From an uncultured Planctomycetaceae bacterium (GTDB lineage Bacteria > Planctomycetota > Planctomycetia > Pirellulales > PALSA-1355): 64,000 nt of DNA. The notes under the pieces were generated by a model that searched no databases, was not told the origin of the DNA, and saw nothing but the letters and a program-made list of their open reading frames with translations. Positions 21,274 to 32,512 of this stretch are shown piece after piece; position 1 is the first letter of the stretch; each line of letters begins with the position of its first letter. The DNA lies in contig CAWAUV010000007.1 in assembly GCA_963785305.1 (NCBI GenBank), positions 1,824,001 through 1,888,000 on the forward strand, written 5' to 3'. The position numbers and the translations under genes were made by a program.

Positions 21274-22956
21274 TTAGAAGCGGAACAACATGCCCGCGAA
21301 TCCGCCGGTGAGAATCAAGTCGCCGTTCGTTTTCGGCTGTTGGAATCCCGTGGTATCGGCCAAGTAGGGCAGGAACTGGTTGTCGGCCAAGGCCATCGAA
21401 GTAATGCCGACCACGCGATAGCCGGCATAGATGCTGCACCACGGCTTGATCCAGTAGTTCACGCCCAAGTCGAGTTGGCCGAGCAGCGAGACATCGGTCT
21501 TCGAGCCTTGGAGGTCGAACTGCGAGTAACCATCGCCCGTATACAGCGTGTTTTGGCAGGTGGTGTAGTTCCCCATCACCGCCATCTTCGGCGCGGCGAA
21601 GATGCTGAACCGTTGGGTGCAATAGTGATTCAGAATCACGCCGATCTGCGGACCCACGAGATTGTTGATCGAACGATCTCGCAGATACAAAGCCTGCGAA
21701 CCATTGGCGTCGTTGAAGTTGTAACCATAGGCGGTGCCACCGTAGGTCAAGGTTTCATCGAACCGGAAGTAACGCACGCCGGCAAGCCAGATCGCTTGGG
21801 TGCGGCCCGTGCCCAGAAGGCTCAAGGCCATCAGGTTCACTTCGACGTTGTTGATCCGATCGACACGCGAGATCGACTGTTGCTTCGAGCTATCCCAGAA
21901 GTACGAAGCCGGGTTCGGGCTCGAGGGATTTCCGTTGTTGATGTTGACATAACCATCGTTGATCGGGGTCGACAGGCTGCTGGTCGGGCTCGTCAAGGTG
22001 TACGAGCCGGTCATCGGGCTTACGCCCCAGTAGGTCGCCGAGAGACCGATCGGGCAGCAGCAACCACCGCAACCGCCGCACGAACCGGATCCGCAGCTTC
22101 CCGCTCCGCCACCGGCGCCGCCAAGGCCCATCGCTCCGATTCCGCCCATTGCGCCGCCGCCCAAACCGCCACCACCCAGCCCGCCGCCGCCCAGTCCGCC
22201 ACCGCCGAGTCCGCCCAAGGCGCCGGCGCCGCCACCGCCGAACCAGCGGCCCACGGTCACTTCTCCGCCGCCACCCCAGCCCGGCTTGGCGAACTGGGTG
22301 TTCATGAGCTGATCGGGATTGTTATTGCTTTCGTAGGTGGTCCAGAACCGATTCGGTTCGTTGCGAGTAAGGGCCAAGCCGCCGGCCGAGGCGAACCAGA
22401 GTCCGCCGCAATATCCACCAAACAGGGCCTGATCGCAGGCGCCGCCGGTCGTGTCGTAGCCGCGACCAACGCCCAGACCGCCAGCTCCCAGTCCACCCGC
22501 GCCCACTCCCGCGCCACCACCCAGGCCACCGCTGGGGATCAGGCTCGGTCCGGCGCCGTAGTTGGGCGCCGACACGGCGTTCGGGTCTTGATTGTAGCTC
22601 GGCGCCATATCGCTCGGGCTGCCGGCTGTTTCGGATTGCGTGGCCGGAATCGGCTCGGGCAGTGGAGCGAGTCCGCTCGCCGAGGGATTGGGTAGCGATT
22701 CGGTGGCCGAATATGCGGCCGCGGGACGCACGCCGTAGGAACCCGCCGCGCCGCGCGACATCGAAACCGCCGGCAACGGCAGCAGCGATGGCGAGCCATA
22801 GGCGGGCCGCGGCGCGGAGCGCCGTAGTAGCCCGAGGCGTCGGCGGCATAGCCTTGGCCGGGGGCTTGCGCCGTACTGGGACTGTCCCAGCACCGGCTGT
22901 GCGCCGGCCAGCGCGAGGCTGGCGCCGCACACGCAGGCTAGAAACGAAGATTTCAT
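21274..22956 (-). CDS. BBP7-family (DUF1551) outer-membrane beta-barrel porin
   Basis: RBS AAGGAG; signal peptide; GVRYFRFDE, NNLVGPQIG, LGQLDLGVNY, GYRVVGITSMALA, G.FAGMLFRF C-terminus. Probable compensating indels near 22800-22860. Confidence 0.8.
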   Translation of the reverse strand: MKSSFLACVCGASLALAGAQPVLGQSQYGASPRPRLCRRRLGLLRRSAPRPAYGSPSLLPLPAVSMSRGAAGSYGVRPAAAYSATESLPNPSASGLAPLPEPIPATQSETAGSPSDMAPSYNQDPNAVSAPNYGAGPSLIPSGGLGGGAGVGAGGLGAGGLGVGRGYDTTGGACDQALFGGYCGGLWFASAGGLALTRNEPNRFWTTYESNNNPDQLMNTQFAKPGWGGGGEVTVGRWFGGGGAGALGGLGGGGLGGGGLGGGGLGGGAMGGIGAMGLGGAGGGAGSCGSGSCGGCGGCCCPIGLSATYWGVSPMTGSYTLTSPTSSLSTPINDGYVNINNGNPSSPNPASYFWDSSKQQSISRVDRINNVEVNLMALSLLGTGRTQAIWLAGVRYFRFDETLTYGGTAYGYNFNDANGSQALYLRDRSINNLVGPQIGVILNHYCTQRFSIFAAPKMAVMGNYTTCQNTLYTGDGYSQFDLQGSKTDVSLLGQLDLGVNYWIKPWCSIYAGYRVVGITSMALADNQFLPYLADTTGFQQPKTNGDLILTGGFAGMLFRF

Positions 22957-23447
22957 CGCAATAGACTCCTTTCGGGAGGTGGATGTTCTCCGCCGCTTCC
23001 GCGCGGCGGAGTTGAATTTCAACACGAGCCAATAATGAGAGAACCGCGGCCGTTCTCTCGCTGTGGAAATCCATTCCACGCACACAGTCCATTACGCACA
23101 TGTCTTTTCGACGAGCAACGCGCCGTGAACGCTGGAAAACGGCCCTGTTCGGAGAAATTTTCCTCAAGCCGGGCACTGTAAGCCGCGCCGCCGGAAGCTT
23201 AAGAACGCCGCGTAAAAAGTCGCGCGGGCGCCCGACCGGCACAGCCGTCGCGGCGCGCACGAAGAAGCCGCACAGCCGGCGCCGATGAACGCTCGCCAGC
23301 CGGCGCACGATCGGGAGAAGAAGAAGCCAATTCACGATCGGCCACAGGTTCAGCGATCGCGGCGCGCGAGAGTCGCCGCTGGCGAGCTCATGCGATGCGG
23401 CAGCGACATCCGAGACATGCCGGCAACGGAATCCGGCGTCGAAGAAC

Positions 23448-23489
23448 TACCCCCGGCTGGACTCGAACCAGCAGCCCTCCGCTTAGAAG
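23448..23489 (-). tRNA. 3' half only of tRNA-Arg(TCT); att-site remnant, not a functional tRNA
   Basis: Minus strand reads CTTCTAA GCGGA GGGCT GCTGG TTCGAGT CCAGC CGGGGGT A: anticodon loop, T-arm and acceptor 3' strand. The 5' anticodon stem and D-arm are absent. Confidence 0.85.
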
Positions 23490-23654
23490 TTGGGTTGAAA
23501 GTCTCGATCCAAGTGCTTTTAGAATAAGGGCTTAGCGCCACCGAAACCCTTGATTGTGCCGAGATTCGTGCAGAGTTCGGCGGAAATTTCGCGTAGCGAA
23601 CTCCGCCGGGGGCGTAGAAACACACAGAGCACTACATACAACTCTGAGGAATCA

Positions 23655-23750
23655 ATGCGACAGCCGCGACCTTATTTCAGGAAACAAACCCAAAGTTGGT
23701 ACGTCCAACTCGGCAAAGTTCAGCACAATCTCGGCCGCGATCAGGGCCTA
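23655..23750 (+). pseudogene. N-terminal fragment of a tyrosine integrase, truncated by IS630
   Basis: RBS GAGGA; MRQPRPYFRKQTQSWYVQLGKVQHNLGRD resembles planctomycete integrase N-termini; adjacent to the tRNA fragment. Confidence 0.65.
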
Positions 23751-24974
23751 GTGCGGCATCAAGTCTTGATTTGTGGGTAGAGGCGTTTCAGTTTCGTGCG
23801 GGCATTTTCGATGCGGAACTGCCAATCGACGCCGCGCTGCTTGGCGTTGGTTTTGTCGGACCAGATGCCGATTTCGCGTTGCAGATCGTTGAGTTCGCCG
23901 ATGCGACGGCCCCGAAGGCACTGGCTGGTCAGGCAGCTCAACTCGCATTCAGCGACATTCAGCCAACTGCCGTGCTTCGGCGTGTAGCAGAAGTCGATCC
24001 GTTGCACGTATCCACGGGCACGTTCCGCTTCGAACGCTTCGTAAAACGCTCCCTTGGTGTGGGTATTGAGGTTGTCGCATACCAGCGTCACTTTCGCGCA
24101 GTCGGCATAGCGCCCGTCCAGTAGTTCGGCGACTTCGATCGCCCAGTCTTCCTTGGTCCGCCGGGCGCGAGCCGTCGCCTGACGGAATCCCGAGAGCGGC
24201 TCGGCGAACATGAAGATGCTGGCTGTGCCGTTGCGCTCGTACTCGTAATCGACCCGCTGGCCGTGCTCCTTCGTGGCCGGGATCGGCATCCGTGTTTCCT
24301 TGAGCAACTGGACCGGTTGCTCGTCCATGCACAACACCGGTTGCCGCGGATCGTACGCCTGGGCATAGGTTTCGAGCACTTCTTCCATGCAGGCGACGAA
24401 CTCGCCATCTTGCTCCGGCGGGATCACCCAGTACTCGATCTTGCGCTTGGTCATGCCGTTTTTTTTAGCGTCTTGCGGACGGTCTCGTCACTAATCGAAT
24501 CGACCACCTCCAGAGCAACCAGTTCGTCGGCGAGCAGTTGCAAGGTCCAGCGTCCGTAACCCGCGGGCGGCTTGCCCAACCGCATGGCGATCAGCTTCGC
24601 TTCACCTTCGCCATCGAGCTTGGGCGGCGTGGGCGGCGACGGGCGCTTCTTGCCATCCAAGGCCAACTCAAAGCCCTCCGTGACCAACCGCTTGCGGAGA
24701 TTCTCGATCGTCTGCACGCGGCAATCGAATGCCTCGGCGATCTTCGCATCCGGCCACCCCGGCCCAGCGGCATCGGCCTTGAGCAGAATCCGCGCCCGGC
24801 GTGCCTTTTGCGACGACCCCTTGAGCTTCTTGACGACCTCCCGGCAAACGCCGCGCTCCTCATCGGACAACCGCACGATGTACTTCTTGTACATGGGACA
24901 CCTCCTTGTTACCGAAGGTTTCTCATCAATCCTTGAAATCCGCAACCCCATTTCTTACGCTTGATGCCGCACTA
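23749..24974 (-). mobile_element. IS630-family insertion sequence (~1.22 kb) flanked by TA
   Basis: Perfect inverted repeats CTAGTGCGGCATCAAG (23748-23763) and CTTGATGCCGCACTAG (24960-24975). Confidence 0.92.
23759..24894 (-). CDS. IS630 transposase: HTH ORF 24451..24894 and DDE ORF 23759..24454, joined at an A8 slippery site
   Basis: KYIVRLSDEER, RARILLKAD and GRWTLQLLAD; then CMDE, DNLNTH and TPKHGSWLNVAECE; CTAAAAAAAACGGCATGA at the junction. Confidence 0.92.
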
Positions 24975-25074
24975 GCGATTCGTTGCCATCCGGCTGTTCA
25001 ACGCGGATGGTCGTGGTGCTGTCGGCTCCAAAAACGACTCCTTCTTCCGTGACATAACAAGCGGCGATCGTCAT
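24975..25074 (-). pseudogene. N-terminal fragment of a proteasome-beta-like Ntn hydrolase, truncated by IS630
   Basis: Manual translation MTIAACYVTEEGVVFGADSTTTIRVEQPDGNES (Thr2 and GVVxxADS pattern) runs into the IS end. Confidence 0.55.
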
Positions 25075-25174
25075 ATTGTGCTCGCGCCAGAAGCGTCTTT
25101 GGGACAAAAACCCGATTGGTCATGCGCCTATGCTTCAAGTCGAAAGCACATTGCAGGCGGCGATCTAAATTGCG

Positions 25175-26697
25175 TCACGCCAGAATCTTTTTCACCACGT
25201 TGCCAGCGACGTCGGTTAGCCGGAAGTCGCGGCCGTTGTAGCGGTAGGTGAGTTTTTCGTGGTTCAGGCCCAGCAAGTGCAAGATCGTGGCGTGCAGGTC
25301 GTTGATGCTCACGCGGTCGGTCACCGCTTTGTGGCCCAGCTCGTCGGTCTCGCCGTGATGCGCGCCTCCGCGCACTCCGGCGCCCGCGAACCAAGTGGTG
25401 AAGGCATGGGGGTTGTGGTCGCGGCCGGTTCCGCCTTTTTGCACGATCGGCAAGCGGCCGAACTCGCCGCAGCACACCACCAGGGTCGAGTCCCAGAGGC
25501 CGCGCTGCTTGAGATCGGCCAGCAGGCCCGCGATCGGGCGATCGGTTTCCAGGGCAAAACCCGAATGATTCTTGGCGATGTCGGCGTGGCCGTCCCAACT
25601 GCGCTCGTTATCCATGCCGCCACTGTAAATCTGCACGAACCGCACTCCCCGCTCCACCAGCCGCCGAGCGGTGAGCGTTTGCTTGGCGAAGTGCCGGCAG
25701 CGCGGGTCGTCGAGACCATAGAGCTTTTGCACGCTCTCGGGCTCCGACGCCAGATCGAGCGCCTCGGGCGCCGCCATTTGCATGCGATACGCGAGCTCGA
25801 AACTCTCGATCCGCGCGGCGAGCTCGGCGTCGTCGCCGGCTTGAGCCAAGTGACGTTGGTTGAGCCGGCCCACGAGATCGAGCTCGGCTCGTTGGCCGGC
25901 GGCGAGGGCGGCGTCGGGCGCCAGATTGGCGATCGGCGAGCCTTGGGCGGCGAGGGCCGTGCCTTGGAAAATGCTGGGCAAGAAGCCGGCGCCCCAGTTT
26001 TGCGCCGAGCCCTTGGGCAGGCCGCGATTGAGCGTGTCGTACATCACGACAAACGCCGGTAGATTCTGATTCTGCGTGCCCAGGCCATAGGTCACCCAAG
26101 AGCCAAGGCAAGGGAACCCCATGCGGCTCATGCCGGTGTTGATCTCGAAGAGCGCGGGCGAGTGATTGTTAGTGTGCGTGTAGCAGGAATGAATAAACGC
26201 CATGTCGTCGACATGACCTGAAAGTTCCGGAAAGATTTCCGAGACCCAACTGCCCGACTGGCCATGTTGGGCGAATTTGAAGGGGCTCTTCATCAGCGGC
26301 CCGACCTGGCCGGTGAAGAATCCGGTGTTTTTGTCGAAGCCGGCGAGCTCCTTGCCGTCTTGCTTTTCGAGTTCGGGCTTGTAGTCGAACGTGTCGACTT
26401 GGCTGGGCCCGCCGTTCATGAAAATCCAGATCACGCTCTTGGCCTTGGCGGCCAGATGTCCAGGCCGAGCGGCGAGCGGATTGGGCGGCGGGGCGAGTCC
26501 ATGCGTCGCGGTGTTCGATGGCCCGACAGCGGATTCCGCGGCCGAGAGCAGCTTGGCGTCGTCGAGTAGCGAGAGGAGCGCGAGCATGCCGCAGCCCGCG
26601 CCGGCGGAGCGCAAAAATTCGCGCTGCGCGGCTGTTCGGCTCGGCGCCGCGAACCAGTGTTTCGCTTCCGCGCTCGCGCGGACGGTCGTGCGATCAA
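25175..26697 (-). CDS. DUF1501 domain protein; probable indel near the 5' end
   Basis: REFL...G.G.GMLAL, AKSVIWIFMNGGPSQVDTFDYKP, ARRLVERGVRFVQ, WDGH, GEFGRLP, GRDHNP, RLTDVAG. Confidence 0.92.
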
Positions 26698-29600
26698 TCC
26701 ACATAGGCAAACTCGTTGAGCGAAAGGAGGGCATGACAAAAATCGGTCCAGGCCTTTTCTTCAGCCGCCGCCGCTGGGCCGCTCGACGCATAACGCGCGG
26801 TCTGCTCGGCGAGAAAGTCCCGGGCCAGCGAAACCTCGATATCGTCGGGCGCCCGGGCCAGCGCGAGCCGATAGGCGCGCTCGATTCTCGCCGCGGCCGC
26901 ATCACCGCTTGTGCCCAACGCGCCGCCCGCGCTTTCGACACGCATCGCGAGCAATGAGCGACCAAAGCTTCGGGCGCAATCGATCACCGCGGCGTCGTTC
27001 ATCAGCGCGAGGGCTTGCGGAGCAACCGTGGTCGAGCACCGCAGGCCCACGCCTTGCAGTGGCTCGGGGCAATCAAACGCCACCATCCAGGGCACGAGCC
27101 GGCTGCGTTTGACGGTGAAATAAATGCCTCGCCGCGGCTGCTTGTCGTCCAAGGAGCCGGGCCCAAACATGCGCGGGTCGAGTCGCCCGCCGACAAAAAG
27201 CATCGCGTCGCGAAGCGATTCGGCCTCGAGCCGCCGGCGAACAAAATGAGTATACAACGCTCGTTCGCGGTCGGTCCCGCTCTGGGCGCGTTGTTGATAC
27301 ACGGCGCTGGTCATGAGCAGTTTATGGATCGGCTTGAGCCGCCAACCGTTTTCAATGAGCTGGAGCGCCAGGTTGTCGAGCAACTCGGGATGCGAGGGCC
27401 GCTCGCCCTGGGCGCCGAAATCGCTCGGCGTGGCCACGAGTCCGCGGCCGAAGTGATGCCGCCAAAGTCGATTCACAATCACGCGGGCCAAGAGCGGGCC
27501 GGCCCCGTGGTCGAGATCGGTCATCCACCGCGCGAGCGCGGCGCGGCGACCACTTGAGGGTTTGAAATTCGCGGCGTCGGCGGATTTGGGGTCCACCGCC
27601 GCGGAGAGCGGCTCGCCTTCCGCGAGCGTCGCGGCCGCATTCCAAAAGTCTTCGCCAACGCTCGGATCCGAGAGCACTCGCAAATAACCCGGCGGCGCGG
27701 GGCCTTGCTTTTGCGAGAGGTCGCCACGTTTGAGGAACTGGGTGTCGGGATAAAAGTCGGGCCCTTGCGTGCGCAGCCGCAGCGGCGGAACATTTTCGCT
27801 CGCCACCAGGGCGTTGATCGTCTCGGGCCGCGGCTCGTGATGGGCGTCGATCGCCGCCCGCAGCCGCAGCCAATCGCCATCGGTCGCGCGGTGGTGGGCG
27901 ACAAGTCGGTCACGATCCTCTTTTGTGCGCTGATCGGCCGACTTCGCGAGCGCGGCGCGAATCGCCATCGCATCGGCATATAGCATCGTGGGCGCCGTGA
28001 TCGCCGGCGGCTCGACCCGCGCGCGGGCGCCGCCGAATTCGAAATCGCGGGTGATCGCGGCGGAATCGCGAGCGAGAGCCTTGGCCGGCCGATCGCGTGG
28101 CGAAGGTTGTTGTCGAACTTGAGCGTAACCGTCAGCACGGTCTCGGCGTCGAGCTCGAGCGGAGTCGCCAAGTCCCAGGCCACGGCGTGATCTTCGCCAA
28201 ACCGTGGGTCCACGGCCCAGCCGCTCTTGGGATCGTCGTCGATCGTGGCTCGCGCCGGAAGGCCGTTTTGCTCATGCGTGGCGCGGGCATTTCGCAGCTC
28301 GCGGTTCTCGGTCGGTCCCTCGCCTTGAGTCACGGAAAGGCGAACATCGGTCAGGGCGAAGTTGCCGTTGTCGGCGCGGCCCGGGCCTTGACGCGGGAGC
28401 GAAGGATCGGCCAATGCTTCGAGCCGCAGATGCGCGAGCGTGCCTTCGACATTGCGCACCGTGAAGGTATATGAATCGAAATCGGGCTTCGGCCCCGTGG
28501 CGAGCCACGAGCCATCGGGCTGGGCGGTCCACTTGGCGCCGCCCGATGATATGGGCGCTTCGATCGCCGGCGCGAGCCAAGCCGGGCTCGGCGGGGCGGG
28601 ATTGCCGGCCAGCCAACTCTCGAAGCGACGCGCCAACTCCTCGGCCTCGAACTTCGCGAGCGCCGCCACGAGCAGCGCGTGTTCGCCCCGCCAGCGCTCG
28701 CGAGTTGCGCGCGTCGCCGCGGGATGCGGATCGAGATCGAGATCGAGATTCGATCGCACCGTCGAGGTGAAGACCGACGCCAAACGATAGTAATCGTGCT
28801 GGCCGATCGGGTCGTACTTGTGGTCGTGGCAGCGAGCGCAGCCGATCGTGAGACCGAGCATCGAGGTACCGATGGTAGACACCATGTCGTCGAGTTCGTC
28901 GTAGCGCTCTTTCTCGGCTTGGTTCGCCGTGATTTGGGTGGCATGCGCGCCGGCGGCCAAGAAGCCGGTGGCCATCCATGCGTCGGACTCCGCCGGGGCA
29001 AGTTCATCGCCCGCGATTTGCCAGCGCACGAACCGGTCGTAGGGCATGTCGTCGTTCAGGGCGCGAATCACGAAATCGCGATAGTGATACGCGTTGGGCC
29101 GATCGTCGTCTTGCTCGAAGCCGTGGCTTTCGGCATAGCGGGCCAAGTCGAGCCAATGCCGCGCCCGGCGCTCGCCATGGCGCGGACTCGCGAGCAGCCG
29201 GTCGATCAGTCGCTCATAGGCGTCGGGGGCCGAGTCCGCGACAAACGCGGCCACTTCATCGGGCGTCGGCGGCAAGCCGATCAGGTCGAGACTTGCCCGG
29301 CGGATGAGTCGCCATCGCTCGGCCACGGGGCTCGGCCCAAGGCCGGCGGCTTCTTGCTTGGCCAGGATAAAACGATCGACCTCGGTGCGCGGCCAATCGC
29401 CGGCCGACACCCGCGGCGGTTCGTGCTTCGCCAATCGCTTGAACGACCAAAAGTCGCGCCGCTCGGGCGGGATCGGCCGCGGTGTCGCGGGACCGAGCGC
29501 TCCGGACAAGGGAGCGTCGTAGCCGGCGCCGGCGTTGATCCAGGCGGCGAGCCAGGCAATGTGTTCGTCGGCAAGCTGCGGCTCGTCGGCCGGCATCGCG

Positions 29601-30001
29601 GGCTCGTCGGCGTGCGAGACGAGCTTTATGAGCAAGCTCTTCGAAGCGTCGCCCGACACAATCGCCGGGCCAAGGCTGCCACCTTTGAGTAGACCCTCGC
29701 GCGTGGTGAGGTCGAATTCGCCTTGTGTCTTTTCGCCGCCGTGGCACTTGAGGCAACGGGTCGCGAGCAATTCGCGCACCCCGGATTGAAATAGCGCGAC
29801 GCCCGCCGCGGGGGCGGTGCTTTGCCCGGCCGCCGGCGCGACAACCGGCGCGGCGGCTTCGGCCTCGTTGGCTTCGGCGGCGCCCGCCCGCGCCGGCCCC
29901 CAACCGCCCCATGCCAAAAGCACGAGCGCGCCCCATGCCATGCCACGGGAGAACAATCGCTTCCCAATGGAAACGAGCGGCGATTGGTTGAACAACCCCA
30001 T
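26694..30001 (-). CDS. Planctomycete cytochrome c / PSD1 (DUF1549 + DUF1553) protein; frameshift near 28000-28050
   Basis: CLKCH and [11 protein letters not shown] heme motifs; [49 protein letters not shown]. Confidence 0.9.
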
Positions 30002-30145
30002 CGAGCGAGTCCTGATCGGGCCAGCGGCGGGAAACGCAAAAGGCGGGAGCCCGGTGCTCGAGCGCGCCAAGCCACCCCTGCATGTTAATGAAAACCGCGC
30101 CGCCGATCAAATTTCCTGCGCCGCGATCGGCGCTACTTCCGTTCG

Positions 30146-31453
30146 TTACGAGTTCGCGTTTTGGGGCTTCCGGGCCAGCGCCGCGATCAGTCGGGGCGCG
30201 AGGAGCCAGCAGGCGGCCGTGAGTAGGGCGCCAACGACAACCAGACTCTGAAAGGCGCCGCGGCTGCCGAGCCGCTCCTGCCAAGCGTCGCTCCAGTGGC
30301 CGCCCAGAGCTTGCGACAGGCTGGTCGCGAGGTTCGAGACGCCCATCAGCAGGGCGAACAATGTGCCGGCGGCTTCGACCGGACAGAGTCGGGCGGCGAT
30401 GTCGAGCAGCATCAATGTGCCGGTAGCGCTAGCGAATCCCGACAGCATGCTGGCGGCGATCGCGGAGCGCGGGCCCGTGAGCGGCAAATAGGCCAGCGTG
30501 CTCGCGACGCCCACGGCGATCGCTCCATGCACCAAAGCGCCGGTCGAGAGACGGCGGCAATAGGCGCCATAGGCAATGCTCGCCACCATCGCGGCGGCCC
30601 AGCCGAGCGCGTCGCAGTCGCCGCAAAACGTCTTGCTGAGCGACAGCGGCCCCAGGAGATACAACTGCGAAATTCGAGCGGAGAACGGGTTGAAATTCCA
30701 TAAAAACAAGAGACCGCCCGCAATCAACACGCCCGATGACCGCACCGCCACGAACTGCGATCTCATGAGCGCAAGCGAAAATGCGCGACCCGCTTCGGTC
30801 CGCGGCTGTTCGTCGACGAACCAAATCGCGAGCAGCGTCGAGAGCAGCGCCAACAGGGCGGCAATCGCCAGCGCCGCGCGTTCTTGATGTTGATCGCCGA
30901 GCCGACCTCCCAGCGCCGCGCCGACAATGCTCGCGGCATAGATCGCGGTCCACTGGATGCTCTGAAAGCGGCCGGTCATGCCGAGCGGTTGTCCGGTGTC
31001 GATCATCAACGCATCGATCACCACATCGGAAAACGCCGTGGCGAGACTCGCCACCAAGAGCAGCGCGAGCAGCGATCCAGAGGCTCCGGCATCGAGCCGC
31101 CCCAACGCCGCGGCGCCAAACGCCACCGCCGCCACGACGCTCGAACCGATCAGATACACTTTGCGACGGTATCCGGCGATCGGCAGATAGTCGGTCGCCA
31201 GGCCATAGAGCGGCTTGATGAACCACGGCAAACCCACCAGGGCGAAGAAGATCGTGATCTGGCCGACGGTCCAGCCCCAAGAGTCGAGCAGCGCCGTGAT
31301 CGGCAAGGCGATAAGCCCCTCGCTGTCGGAGAGCGCTTGAAAGACATAGAAGCCCGCGAACAGCATCGAGAGACGAACCATCTCGGCGCACGACTTGGTC
31401 CCTTGTGCGCGAGCGTGCTCGGGGGCCGCGGCGGCCGGGCCGGGGTTATCCAT
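30146..31453 (-). CDS. MFS transporter, BT1 (folate/biopterin)-like
   Basis: LPWFIKPLYGLATDYLPIAGYRRK.Y, AFSDVVIDALM, CP..AAGTLFALLMG..N; about 12 TM segments. Confidence 0.8.
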   Translation of the reverse strand: MDNPGPAAAAPEHARAQGTKSCAEMVRLSMLFAGFYVFQALSDSEGLIALPITALLDSWGWTVGQITIFFALVGLPWFIKPLYGLATDYLPIAGYRRKVYLIGSSVVAAVAFGAAALGRLDAGASGSLLALLLVASLATAFSDVVIDALMIDTGQPLGMTGRFQSIQWTAIYAASIVGAALGGRLGDQHQERAALAIAALLALLSTLLAIWFVDEQPRTEAGRAFSLALMRSQFVAVRSSGVLIAGGLLFLWNFNPFSARISQLYLLGPLSLSKTFCGDCDALGWAAAMVASIAYGAYCRRLSTGALVHGAIAVGVASTLAYLPLTGPRSAIAASMLSGFASATGTLMLLDIAARLCPVEAAGTLFALLMGVSNLATSLSQALGGHWSDAWQERLGSRGAFQSLVVVGALLTAACWLLAPRLIAALARKPQNANS

Positions 31454-32453
31454 CGCGCCAAGCATGCCAGGGATTTCGCAAGCGTTCGACAAAGGCGGCC
31501 GGTTTGCGGCGATAAAGCCGATTGCCGATCGCGATCGCGCGGCATGTCAGCGAGTCGCGCCGCTGGTCGAGCTTGGCCAAAAGCAATTCGGCGTCGGGCG
31601 ATGTGAAAAAATGCTCGCACACCACATCAGCGAAGAGCGCCAAATCATGGTTTTCGCCCAAAATATCGCCGAGGCGATCGGCCAGTCGGGCCAGCTTGCC
31701 GCCCCGCTTGGGCCAAGCCGGCTTGAGCATCTCAAGTTCATAACGAAGGAATTTCGCTTGCTTGCGACACTCATGCAACCGAGCGACCGTGGGCTCTTTT
31801 TTCGCCCGTGAAAACGCTTCGCGGCCGGAGCAATAGACGCGCTCGACGCCGGCGGAGACCGATGGCCAAGCGTGGCCCTTGAGCCGCCAATGCCGTGTCC
31901 TCTGGCGGAAGCGATCGATGGCGTTTCTCGCGCCGGCAAGGCGAACGGCGAGCGGTTCATTTCCGTTGCTCGCCACGTGGCTCGCGCCCTCGTTCAGTTC
32001 GGCGCGGAGGCGCGCCAAGCGGTCGTCCAAGTGGCGCTCGAGGTCGGCGAGCAGCCGGGCGTCGGTCCGCGCCGATTCCGATTCCGCGGCGTCGCGCTGG
32101 GTGAATTCGCGGAGCGTCGCGCGGAGGACTTTCGCGTCGCGCGGCAACGTCAACGGCCGGGCGGCGTCGCGCAGCGCGTGATTTTCGCGACGGTAGCGAG
32201 CCTTGCCCAGCGATGATCGCAAGAGCCGCAGCCCGGCGCGAGCCTGCCTGAGTTGCCGCCGGGCATCATGAACGGCGCTATCCTGTCGCCGCCGGGTCGC
32301 CCCCGGCTCGCCCGGCCGGCTTTCGTTATTTTCCTCGGCGCCGCCCGGTTCGATGGCGACGTCGATCGAGGCGATCGCCTTACTCGCGCACCGCGCGACA
32401 ATCCCGCGAAGCCGCCCACGAACGGAGGATTTGCGGCGCAACTGCCGAGTCAC
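31446..32453 (-). CDS. CHAD domain (polyphosphate-binding) protein
   Basis: AVHDARRQLRQARA.LRLLR, RDAKVL, LHECRKQAKFLRY, LGDILGENHDL. Confidence 0.85.
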   Translation of the reverse strand: MTRQLRRKSSVRGRLRGIVARCASKAIASIDVAIEPGGAEENNESRPGEPGATRRRQDSAVHDARRQLRQARAGLRLLRSSLGKARYRRENHALRDAARPLTLPRDAKVLRATLREFTQRDAAESESARTDARLLADLERHLDDRLARLRAELNEGASHVASNGNEPLAVRLAGARNAIDRFRQRTRHWRLKGHAWPSVSAGVERVYCSGREAFSRAKKEPTVARLHECRKQAKFLRYELEMLKPAWPKRGGKLARLADRLGDILGENHDLALFADVVCEHFFTSPDAELLLAKLDQRRDSLTCRAIAIGNRLYRRKPAAFVERLRNPWHAWRDG

Positions 32454-32512
32454 GATATCAAGCTCCGCGAAACGTCGAAGGTCATTCGGTCCGGCAGCGG
32501 CGGGGCGCTCGG

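Noticed and set aside
21271..21285. GCTTAGAAGCGG resembling the tRNA anticodon arm or a second att site
   Set aside because: It is the final codons and stop of the BBP7 gene; the match is short and has no tRNA structure around it.
23448..23530. Intact or intron-split tRNA-Arg gene
   Set aside because: Upstream bases cannot pair with the anticodon stem, there is no D-arm, and no matching 5' half was found in the window; the adjacent integrase fragment favours an att remnant.
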